DNA from: Rhynchopus sp. YZ270_cl-10
Taxonomy: Eukaryota
Length of the DNA: 64,000 nucleotides
Direction: 5' to 3'
Assembly (NCBI GenBank): GCA_964035575.1
Contig: OZ037842.1
Location: 496,001 to 560,000, forward strand
The translations under genes and the position numbers were made by a program. Below, piece by piece: positions 48,946 to 60,351 of this stretch; the stretch's first letter is position 1, and each line of letters starts with the position of its first letter. The notes under the pieces were generated by a model. That model had not been told where the DNA came from and made no database searches. It was given only the letters and a program-made list of their open reading frames with translations.

Positions 48946-50105
48946 ACCCCCCGTGGCATGATGGTGGCATGATGAAGGGGAAAAAAAAATCCCCCAAAAA
49001 CGTGGGATGAATGGCATGATGGTTAGCAAAAGGCCTGCTAACAACGCAGAAACAAAATTTTTTTTGAAAAAAAAATGGGTGTTTTTGTGGTGGGTTGATG
49101 GTGGGATGATGGTTTATGGTCGGGGGGGGGGGGGGGGAAAGCCATTTTCCGTGGGTTGATGGATGATGGTTAGCGTCAGGCCTGCTGAACAAAAGACACA
49201 AAATAGGGGGGAGGGAGGGAAACGAAAAAAATTTTTCACAAAGGTGTGGAGGAAGAAGAAAAGAAAGCGAATACAAACGAAAAAAAACAGTGTTTTTTCT
49301 GAATGTATTGTTGTTGTTCCAAGAAAAGCTCTTGCGTCGGTTTTTACTTACAAAAAAACTTTGGCGGAACTACCCCCTTAACAAAGTTCTCCTCAACAAA
49401 TAAAGAAAGGTTTATTCGGTGACCCCAAGCCTCTCGTGCTTAGTCACCTTAACAAAAGGAAGTGGGGGTGAAGTTATTTGGTAATTTTTTCGGCACCCCA
49501 TATCTGGGGGGGGAAAAGTTATTTGGGAAAATAGATATTATTTGGGGGTAAACTTATTCGGGAGTCCTTTAAACTGAAACGGAGACAAGACACGTGTAAA
49601 TATAGATGCAAATAATGTGAATAGATTGGCGCAATCGGTGTGGGTGCTGAGAGGAGTATCACACAGAGACCCCAGACACGTGCACGATGTAGCTTTGCCG
49701 TGTTTGCAACACTGTACGGTCCATTTTTACTTGGAATTCACTCTCGTCACTTTTGCGCTGACTGTTGTTTATTATTATTTGAACACACAAACACTTGCTT
49801 CATAAGAATATGAAAAGGGTTCAAAAGTAATAACCAAAATGCACACAGTGTGCTACCTCTTTGCTGCAGACATCTTCAAGGCAAGTGTCCAGCAAGAGAG
49901 TGAGGCTAATCGCAGTGTATACCACCGCTCATCGCCAGCACTCCACATTCCGACGTGGTGGGAGTAAATGTCTGAGAAGAATCTCCAGAACAAAACCAGG
50001 GGCACACAACAACTCTTTGGACGTCAAATGCGGCCAGTGGCAACATATTAGAGTACGATAGTTAGTTCCAGTCGTCAATGAGACTGGCATTGAGTGGAGC
50101 AGTGC

Positions 50106-52730
50106 TTAGGCATCCCCTGCAGCAAGGGCCAAATCACCAACGTATGCAAGACGAATAGGAACAGGAGCACTCCCACTGATGCGCGCCGTTGAAAGCATCT
50201 TCTTAACCAACTCAAGACCCTCAGCTGTGCACCCTTTCAGAGCCTCCTCAGCCTCGTCCAGCTTGTTGTCATACAGCAGCACCACAGCTGAGTTCATCTT
50301 CGTGTACGGGTCCTGAGCAGCTGCGCTTTCCAGTTGGTACATCCACTCCTCGTTTTGTCCTGCCTCCCGAGCAGCAACAACCTCACTCAGCAAAGTGGTC
50401 TTCCCGTCGGCACGTTTCGCCTTCACGAAGCTGCGGATGGTGAAGTGCGAGTCAATCGCCTTCCCCACATCACCATCCGCCAGGACACCGACACCCCACT
50501 TGCTTCCACAACGCTCGAGGGAACGTACGTCTGTTGCGACAGACCCAATCACACCGTACTTCTTCAGCCCTGTGCAACCCACAGTCCCGCACACTGCACT
50601 GCCTGACCCAATGGCCACGTTGACGGAAATGCCAGAATTCATGTGATTCCGCACAGCAAGTGCGTACTCTGCAGCATGCACTTTGTGTAACCCACAGCTA
50701 GTGACTGTGTTGAAGCACACGGTGACTTTGTCACCCGACATGTCGTCCACAATGCCACGTGCCGCCTTCGCTGACTCGAGGAGAACCTCCAAGTACGAGC
50801 TGAGTGTGCTGACGACCTTGTTCTGTTCAGTGGCGTGGAGGGAATTTATGTTCGACAGAGCAATCGACACGTGCTTCGATTTTACAGCAACTCCGAACGT
50901 GGCAGCTGCTGCCGATCGCAATGAATGCGAAGTTTCAGAAATAGCACTCCCGCTATTTTTTGAACGGTCCTTGCTCACTATTCCAGTTGATGTGTCTCCT
51001 TCTGCTTCCGTCTCTTCTGTCGCACTGTCAACAAGCACACTCTGTGGAAGGTACTGACGGTACTCAACAAGGTTTTTCATCATCTGTTTGAAGGACTTCT
51101 CCATGCCATGAACTTCTGAGAGTGAACTCAGTGGTCGAGCAGCGTCAACGTGATCTAAGTCCATAATAGCAACGTGTGACATGTCCTCCATGAGTTGGAT
51201 CAGAGGCTTTGTGATGCGGAAGACAAGGTACACCGTCAGCCCAATAGGGATCAGCGCAGCAACGACAACAACAATGTAGAGAATCATGCGTGCCTTTTCA
51301 AGGTCGTCGTCCACTTTGGATTCAGACTTGCGGATGTTCTCCTGTGTTGCTGTGTTCAGGGCGTCCACCTCACCAAGGATGTACTCCCTGTCAATCAGCG
51401 CCACCACGTACCAGTTCAGACCACGTCCGTTGTCCATCACACGGACTTTTGCATAGAAGCCTTCACCCGCAGCAGAACGGTTTGTGCGCAGTGTCAGGAA
51501 GTAAGGAGCAGACTTTGAGGCTTGTATCTCTGCAAGTGTCACATTGGTTCCGTTCACAGGCACAGGCTCCAGCAGGTGGACACCGACATTCCTCACAATC
51601 TCGTCGGAACAGTTGCTGATGTGGATTGGTTTATTGAGGGCTACGGTTGGGTACCTCTCATCGACGTACCGGACCATCGCACTGTAGTGTGAGTGGAATG
51701 CATTGCATCAAATACAGCAACAAACATACCTTCCGTGCGATGTGGATGCAATGAATCCCGCCTGACCACCACCTCCTGGACTGGTCCAGTCGACCCGCAC
51801 CATTGCGAACACACGACCCAGAGAGCCTTGACCGAGGTCCAATGCTTGCAGGAACACTGTGATCTTCCGCATATCTGCACCAGTGTGCAAGGCACCAAGT
51901 CGTTCACCGGTGAGTACGTTTGCGTAGGCACACTGCGAGACGATACCGACATATCTTCCAATGGTGACGAGAGGGGTGAACATCGACGCACCGATGGGGA
52001 GGTAGTTGAGGAGCTGGAGGTGAATGTCTATGAGGTTGTACGTGGGGGTGCGGCAGGGTGGCTCCATGGAAGTGCCGTTGGTTGCGAGCGCAAGCTCGCC
52101 TTGTCCGAAGCAGGTAATTGGAAGAACACGATCGTCCACAGGGGGATAGCCATAAACATCACCAGAGCCGTCAGTCTTGATATTAGCCTGTGCAGCGCGC
52201 ATGAGGGCAGGGACACCGCCAGGCTTGTCATAGAAAGTGCCATTGTTCACATTCGCAAAGAAGTGGTGGTACGCATCATCCGGTTTCCCCAGCGTCAGCT
52301 CGCTCTCGAAGATCTGTATGGTCTGATGCTGCAGAGTGACAATGCCTATGCCATCGTAGTGCGAAAAAGTCTTCACCAAATGGTAGAACTCCCGTCGAAA
52401 ACCGTAGATGAAGTCCCAATCCGAGATGACGTTTGGTTGCGTCATCATACGCGCAACAAGCGAGTCGGTGGTGTCCGACTGCACCTGGAAAAACGCCACA
52501 AACTGGTTGACAGTACTCGTCACCTGTTGGTTGAGATAGTCCTCCACAACCTTGATCATCGTGCTCTGCCCCACATCAAACGCAGCCTTCACAGAAGTGT
52601 CGCGTGACGTCTGTGTGTTCGACAGTGCCGTGTCCCCACTCCACACAGCAAGCGATGTGCACAGCGTCGCCACCACAACAATGCACACCACCACCAGACC
52701 CACATTCAGTGCACGGATTGAGACAATCAT
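50106..52730 (-). CDS. Receptor-type cyclase-like protein, copy 5 (second subfamily; 2 exons, 858 aa)
   Basis: Exons 52730-51730 and 51681-50106; 48-nt GTATGT...CAG intron at the same position as intron 1 of copies 1-4; 2577 nt in frame; no second intron. Confidence 0.85.
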
Positions 52731-54387
52731 GGTTTTAGTCGGGGTTCCCCAATGTGTGTGGAACACCTTGATCCTGAAGGAGTTGTGTGCGTAGCAACAA
52801 GGGTTTTGGTGTCAAAAACAAACAGGCATAGGTGGATGGGGTGTGAAGATGTGTTTTTCTATTTGAACGCACAAACACTTGTTTCATAAGAATATGAAAA
52901 GAGGTTCAAAACATTGGGGCAATTCCTGAGAAGAAGACTGACCTGCAGTGCAACACAGCCTTTCAAAATATCACCCCAATATCGCTACACCTCAGGCCAG
53001 AAGCAATGTCGTGTTTTCGCGACCTCACAAAAAGTAAAGAGAAGTTGAAAGTGCAAACGCCTCACCGTACACCGGCGGACGCAGGACCCTGGTACGCAGA
53101 TGAGTTCATGGAGGGTCTCATGCCCAGTCACATTTCTGCGAAGATAGCAATTTTGATACTGTCCTGGCTTGTTTCTCTCGAAACGCAAAGTTTGCAGTCC
53201 AGGACAGTCCCCTCCCTTTTGAACTACGATAGGCACCCCTGACAGATGAATGAAAGGTGTTTTGAAATCGAAAACGTATGACCTACCAGACGCTTGCATC
53301 ACGAGGGGGTGTTGTAAACACTGTTGCACACCTCGCGTCACACTGTATAGGGTCTGCATAGGCCTGTATAAAGTCGCACAGAAAGAGTTAAAAAGATGAG
53401 TCCAAGCCTTTTGTGCTTGGTCACCTTGAACGCAGTGGAAAGACAAGAGAATACCTATGTGATGCAACCTCTGACTCTGACTGACCCACGCACCAAGATG
53501 AAAGCATCATGAGTACCCGCAAACACACAGAAGGTGAAAAAAGGAAACCTAGTGACTTGCCCGTACCAAGTGTAAACGGGGGCGGTACACAACCGCTCCT
53601 CGGCCGGTCACAGGTACTCCCGTTACTCAATCCAAATGAATGAATGTCGACACAAGAACAGGGGTAATGAATAAAAGGTGTATTGAGATGTACTCAACAG
53701 AATTGAAAGGTTTATAGGATGAGTCCCAGTGTTGCTACTTGTGCATCAAGGACGAGTGTGTTGCCGATGCACGGACGTCGCCTCGCCGTTGTTTGCACGC
53801 AGTGTGCAAGTGTCCAACAAGAAAATGAGGCTAATCTGGAATGCGAACTGGGCAGTGTATACCACCGCTCATCGCCAGCACTCCACATTCCGACGTGGTG
53901 GGAGTAAATGTCTGAGAAGAATCTCCAGAACAAAACCAGGGGCACACAACAACTCTTTGGACGTCAAATGCGGCCAGTGGCAACATAAAATGGAGTACCA
54001 TAGTTAGTCCCAGTCGTCAATAAGTCTGACGCGTGACTGTGGCAGGACGCAAATTCTGCAAAAATTGTATGTGGTGAATGCTCACGTGCAGACATCTTCA
54101 AGCATAGGGCACACTCTGTGTACGTTCTCTCAACAGAAGCATAAAATGGCGTACTGCAAAGCTTTTGACGCAAATTTATTGACGATGCACAAATACAAAG
54201 TAGACAAAGTAGAAGCAAGCCTGGTTTGCATAAACAAACAGACAGTTTGTTGGCATCATGGGTGACACAGGGTAATGAGTCCTCTGACGTAGCTTCGGTG
54301 CTCACATCACCTTCGCTACACATTTGAAGGTCACGCTTCAGCAATCCGGTCATGAGGTCGTGGTGGCGTGCTTGAGTGGAGCAGTGC

Positions 54388-57011
54388 TTAGGCATCCCCT
54401 GCAGCAAGGGCCAAATCACCAACGTATGCAAGACGAATAGGAACAGGAGCACTCCCACTGATGCGCGCCGTTGAAATCATCTTCTTAACCAACTCAAGAC
54501 CCTCAGCTGTGCACCCTTTCAGAGCCTCCTCAGCCTCGTCCAGCTTGTTGTCATACAGCAGCACCACAGCTGAGTTCATCTTCGTGTACGGGTCCTGAGC
54601 AGCAGCGCTTTCCAGTTGGTACATCCACTCCTCGTTTTGTCCTGCCTCCCGAGCAGCAACAACCTCACTCAGCAAAGTGGTCTTCCCGTTGGCACGTTTC
54701 GCCTTCACGAAGCTGCGGATGGTGAAGTGCGAGTCAATCGCCTTCCCCACATCACCATCCGCCAGGACACCGACACCCCACTTGCTTCCACAACGCTCGA
54801 GGGAACGTACGTCTGTTGCGACAGACCCAATCACACCGTACTTCTTCAGCCCTGTGCAACCCACAGTCCCGCACACTGCACTGCCTGAGCTAATGGCCAC
54901 GTTGACGGAAATGCCAGAATTCATGCGATTCCGCACAGCAAGTGCGTACTCTGCAGCATGCACTTTGTGTAACCCACAGCTAGTGACTGTGTTGAAGCAC
55001 ACGGTGACTTTGTCACCCGACATGTCGTCCACAATACCACGTGCCGCCTTCGCTGACTCGAGGAGAACCTCCAAGTACGAGCTGAGTGTGCTGACGACCT
55101 TGTTCTGTTCAGTGGCGTGGAGGGAATTTATGTTCGACAGAGCAATCGACACGTGCTTCGATTTTACAGCAACTCCGAACACAACAGTTGCAACCGGCAC
55201 TATTGAACTGCACGAAGTCAGGGATGAGGCAGAATGTTCGCCACTTGAGCGATCTTTTCCTGTTTTAGATTGAGTGATGTCGTCTGCTTCCGTCTCTTCT
55301 GTCGCACTGTCAACAAGCACACTCTGTGGAAGGTACTGACGGTACTCAACCAGGTTTTTCATCATCTGTTTGAAGGACTGCTCCATTGCACACACTTCTG
55401 AGAGTGAACTCAGTGGTCTGGAAGCATCAACACTACTTAAATCCATGACAGCAACGTGCGACATGTCCTCCATGAGTTGGATCAGAGGCTTTGTGATGCG
55501 GAAGACAAGGTACACCGTCAGCCCAATAGGGATCAGCGCAGCAACGACAACAACAATGTAGAGAATCATGCGTGCCTTTTCAAGGTCGTCGTCCACTTTG
55601 GATTCAGACTTGCGGATGTTCTCCTGTGTTGCTGTGTTCAGGGCGTCCACCTCACCAAGGATGTACTCCCTGTCAATCAGCGCCACCACGTACCAGTTCA
55701 GACCACGTCGGTTGTCCATCACACGGACTTTTGCATAGAAGCCTTCACCCGCAGCAGAACGGTTTGTGCGCAGTGTCAGGAAGTAAGGAGCAGACTTTGA
55801 GGCTTGTATCTCTGCAAGTGTCACATTGGTTCCGTTCACAGGCACAGGCTCCAGCAGGTGGACACCGGCATTCTTCACAATTTCGTCGGAACAGTTGCTG
55901 ACATGTATTGCTGCCATGAAAACTGCCTCCACAAGATTGGGGTCTACGTACGGAGCATAGCACTGTAGTGTGAGTGGAATGCATTGCATCAAATACAGCA
56001 ACAAACATACCTTCCGTGCGATGTGGCTGCAACAAAGCCCGCCTGACCACCACCTCCTGGACTGGTCCAGTCGACCCGCACCATTGCGAACACACGACCC
56101 AGAGAGCCTTGGCCGAGGTCCAATGCTTGCAGGAACACTGTGATCTTCCGCATATCTGCAGCACTGTACACGGCACCAAGTCGTTCACCGGTGAGGACGT
56201 TTGTGTAGACAGCGCGCGAGGAGACACCGACGTATCCGCCCGCTTCAACGAGAGCACCGTACGTCGCCACACCAATGGGGAGGTGGGCCATCCCGTGCAG
56301 TTGGCTAGCGACATTATCGGAAAAGGGGATGCGGCAGGGTGGCTCCATGGAAGTGCCGTTGGTCGCAAGCGCTAGTGCCCCTACTGGCAAGCAGTCTTGC
56401 GCAGCAACGTAGTCCACCGGGCTCGGATAGCCATAAACATCACCGGAGCCATCATTCATGACATCGGCAATTGCAGCACGATACCTTGCAGGGATACCGT
56501 CGGGCTTGTCATAGAAGGTGCCATTGTTCACCATCGCCATGAAGTGGTGGTACGCATCATCCGGTTTCCCAAACGACAACTCGCTCTCGAAGATCTGCAT
56601 GGTCTGATGCTGTGTGGTAATAAGCCCGAGGATATCAATTTGGTCAAACGTCTTCACCAAATGGTAGAACTCCCGTCGAAAACCGTAGATGAAGTCCCAA
56701 TCCGAGATGACGTTTGGTTGCGTCATCATACGCGCAGCAAGTGAGTCAACGAGGTTCATTTGCACAACAAAAAATGCTGAAACGTGGTTGACAGTGCTCG
56801 TCGCCTGTTGGTTGAGATAGTCCTCCACAACCTTGATCATCGTGCTCTGCCCCACATCAAACGCAGCCTTCACAGAAGTGTCGCGTGACGTCTGTGTGTC
56901 CGACAGTGCCGTGTCCCCACTCCACACAGCAAGCGATGTGCACAGCGTCGCCACCACAACAATGCACACCACCACCAGACCCACATTCAGCGCACGGATT
57001 GAGACGATCAT
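54388..57011 (-). CDS. Receptor-type cyclase-like protein, copy 6 (second subfamily); apparent 1-nt frameshift at the start of exon 2
   Basis: Exons 57011-56011 and 55962-54388 total 2576 nt, one less than copy 5. Homologous splicing gives AGT GCT ATG CTC CGT ACG TAG; the rest of both exons is open. Confidence 0.75.
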
Positions 57012-57623
57012 GGTTTTCGTTGTTATTTTTTTGACTTCCTTTTGAAGCGGCGATAGCGGAATGTTGGGGTGGGTCAGATGCAACTAAATTATATCTTTTT
57101 TTTGTTCTCGGTCCGGAGGAAAGTGGCCGGGGGGGAAGGCTAGGCCTTATGTACTCTAAGGAAGTCAACTCAGAGCAAAGTTAACCACGTGCGGAACAGA
57201 GGCACGCAAAATAAAGAGAAAATAGAAAAGAACTTTCAGATGAACGTAAGCCTCGTTTAACTTAGAGAAGAAGTGATAAGGTGAACCCAAGTCTCTCATG
57301 CTTTGTTACTATCATTTTAATAAAAGGAAGCGTCACACCGAACACCGTAGCTGTGTTTGCTGTGTCAGGTGGGAAAGACTGTCAGGCCGCTTTCGGCTTC
57401 AGGATTATCCACCTTAACCATGTGAAGCTTCCTTCACCCTAGACACACAACTGCTTCTCTCCGGTGTGGTGCAATGTTTGTGGCTTTTTTTTTTTTGCAT
57501 CGCGTTGCTTAGTAAAGAGAAAAATTTGAAAAGATGCGTGCCTTAAGTGCACACATCTAGGGGAACATATTCCCACCCCACCCCTCCCCAGAATCACCCC
57601 ACCCTAAACAGAAAGCAAGACAA

Positions 57624-59093
57624 CTAAAACACGGTAATCAGTGCGAAGGTTGTGTAGAACAGCATCAAGGGGTAGAATAGCAGCCATCGTTGGTGGTGCA
57701 TGGACAGGCCGACAACGAACATCTGTGGGGTTTGGGGCGATGTGCAGATATTTTTTTTTTGTCACCTCATGAAATGAAGGAGGAAATAGAAACAAAGCAT
57801 TTTGAACACACTCGCAGTTCTAGGGACGAACCGCGCTGCAGAGCCACTCCTCCTCCTCACCAAAACAGGTCGAGGTGTGTGCGTTTCACCACAACCTCTC
57901 TCCCATGGGTTTTATCGTGTGATGAGTGTTACGTTTCTATTTTTGCTTTGATATTGTATAGACTATTCCCACAGAGGGCAGCTTGGGGAGCCTTCTCTCA
58001 TCACCTTCACTTCGTTGTCTCGAAGTTGGTGAGCTAAGAAAAAATGGTCATACCTGCGTAGAACACCACGCCGACCACAGTATGAAGACACCACATGTTG
58101 TGTACACAATGAAGCCAGGTGACGAGAGTAGAAGCCAGCCAAGTGACGACGTGAACGCAAGGATGCAGAGCGGCAGGATGTTGTACCCAAGGATACTCAG
58201 CGTGAACTGCAGGCCCACAGGCTTGTCGCACATCAGGTTGAGCAGGCCGTACACCAGCAGGCACCCGGTCACGCCGTACGCTGTCAAGTAGTATTGTACA
58301 AAATCCCTTCTGTTTGACAAAAAACATACCATAAATATGCCCAAAATGCATTTTCCCCTCCAGCATCATAGCAAAACCTAGCAACAGCGCGAAACACACC
58401 GGACCTGCAAAAAAAAAAAGCAATAAAAATATCCAAAAATATGACCCTTTCCCCCTATTTGACAAACCCCTTCCATTTCCAATTTCCCCCCCCAAAAAAA
58501 CGCGCTCAGCACAAAATACGGCCCGCAATCCGAGTCTATTACACAAGCGACTTTAGGGACAGTAGATCTTCACCAACTCCGTGCCAACACCAACCACAAT
58601 ATTCTAACAATTCTTCGTAAAAAAAAATACGGTGTTGATAGCTATCTCTCCCACAAAACGGGAAACGAAACAGGAGAGTTTTGTTGGTTGTAGGAGAAAT
58701 CATACCTGCGAGATCTTCGTCTGTGATAAACTCACGCGAGGTGACGTCGTCCTTCACTTTGAAGGGGTTCAGCACCCCAAGCGCCTTGCTCTTGATGTGC
58801 TGCGGGTGGATGCCGAGCTCCTCGAGGATGGGCAGGTCGATGTCGTCGTCGTCCATGCCGCCCATGCTACCTATGCTGCCTACACCCCCTCCCGACATCC
58901 CTCCCATACCCATCCCCATCCCTCCACCCATGCCCATGCCTCCTACCGCTCCCTGCTGCACAGGCTCCTGATGGAACGTCCCCCCCGCGCTACTGTCATA
59001 GTCGAAGGACCCAAACGACTGGTCCCGTCGCTGCCCATCTCCACCAAATGCCACAGGCTCTACGCCCCAAACCATGTCGCCACCATCCTGCAT
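57624..59093 (-). CDS. YIP1: Yip1-family (YIPF5/7-like) ER-Golgi membrane protein, 4 exons, 262 aa
   Basis: Exons 59093-58706, 58404-58330, 58280-58054, 57722-57624 (789 nt, in frame, all GT-AG). Family motifs LPILEELGI, DLAGP, GKMHF, SILGYNILPL and C-terminal LLFYPLMLFYTTFALITVF. Confidence 0.85.
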
Positions 59094-59368
59094 GTTTTCG
59101 TCGGTCTTTTCTTTTTTTCCCACTCCTAGGAGGGGGTGCTTGTGGAGTTGCAAAGGATTTGAAGGGTATGATTGATAATTATCAAAAAACCTCTTTTTTT
59201 GAATCGCAAAGCAGCGGGAGAAAGTTAAAAAGAGTGAAGTTGAAGGGCGGGGGAAAGTTTGTACGATGAATTTAAGTGTGCGGAAAAGATTTATAATTAT
59301 TGTTTTTTTGACATACAGACTCCTCTGGGGGCCGTACATACAGTTCGTCGCAATATTATGATACAGTA

Positions 59369-60012
59369 CCTACCCCCCCCCCCCCCCGTGTATATGTCCT
59401 GTGCATATGTCCGTGTTGGCCGAGGCTCGGACATATACACATGTTTTCGGACATATACACATCCCGGACATATGCACAGTTCAGTGTATACAGTGTACAG
59501 TGGCAAAAACCCATTCCGAGCTTTCCGGCCGGTGCGTTGGCGGGGCATCTCCCCTCATGTTTTCGGAGAGGGTTTTTCGGGGGATGGGGTTGAAGAAGGG
59601 GGAAAATGGGTCAAATACGAGAGGGGGCGGTTGTGAACCATCCCGCCACCAGGCCTCTCCTCCTCTGTGCAGCCTTGAGAGCTTTGTAGCCACCGGTGAG
59701 TCACAAGCCGTAGGTACATACAAAGAACGCGTAACCCTGCGCTCGCGGAGGTACACCTTCAAAAATTTTTCCGCTCGCTGCGCTCGCGGAGGTACACCTT
59801 AAAAATTTTTCTCTGCTCGCTTCGCTCGCGGAGGTACACCTTCAAAAAAATTTCCCGCTCGCTTCGCTCGCGGAGGTACACCTTAAGGCAGATTTTTACC
59901 TCTCACACGGACATATACACCTGTACCTGTGTATATGTCCGGAAAATTTTCAGAAAGTCCCGGACATATACACATCAAAATGGGTCCGGACATATACACG
60001 GGGGGGGGTAGG
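59369..60012. mobile_element. TA-flanked MITE (644 bp) upstream of YIP1
   Basis: TA|CCTAC(n)GTGTATATGTCC at both ends; subterminal GGACATATACAC repeats; four internal CGCTCGCGGAGGTACACCTT units. Confidence 0.8.
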
Positions 60013-60351
60013 TATGGGCTCAATTATGGAGGGACCCAATATCCCATCCATTATTCACCTATTATAAAACACACCCATATTGCGACACACTGTAGAAACA
60101 AAACAAACACAAAACAAAGTGAAGTTGATAGTGCAAACGCCTCTGGGACACAGGCACTTGACACTCCGTGGGTTATCGAACCCCGGAGTTTTGCGCAAAC
60201 AAAAAAAGAATTGTGAGATGCACCCCACCTCACTCTCACTCCACTCCACTTCAGACATGCTTAAACAGTTGAAACTAAAACGCATCTCGCCGAGCTCTGC
60301 AAAGGGTGGGACGTGGGTAGCCTTAAAATAAAACGCACATTACCCGCTCAG

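Larger units (their letters stand above)
38591..49184. mobile_element. 10.6-kb composite non-autonomous TIR element
   Basis: Perfect 16-bp TIR CAGGCCTGACGCTAAC (38591-38606, 49169-49184); perfect 9-bp TSD CTGAACAAA (38582-38590, 49185-49193); no transposase ORF recognised. Confidence 0.85.

Noticed and set aside
47962..49010. Long ORFs of 235-336 aa (SSCHHVIM repeats); also ORFs at 33958-34286, 42195-42809, 46723-47180 and 63069-63324
   Set aside because: Stop-free translations of satellites.
51693..52607. Plus-strand ORFs of 200-300 aa overlapping receptor genes (also 529-1170, 13383-14054, 24383-25000)
   Set aside because: Antisense shadows of the minus-strand coding exons with no independent motifs.
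59735..59885. CRISPR-like spaced repeats (CGCTCGCGGAGGTACACCTT x4); also the palindrome array at 43600-43770
   Set aside because: Intervening sequences are near-identical rather than unique spacers, there are no cas genes, and both arrays lie inside TIR elements.
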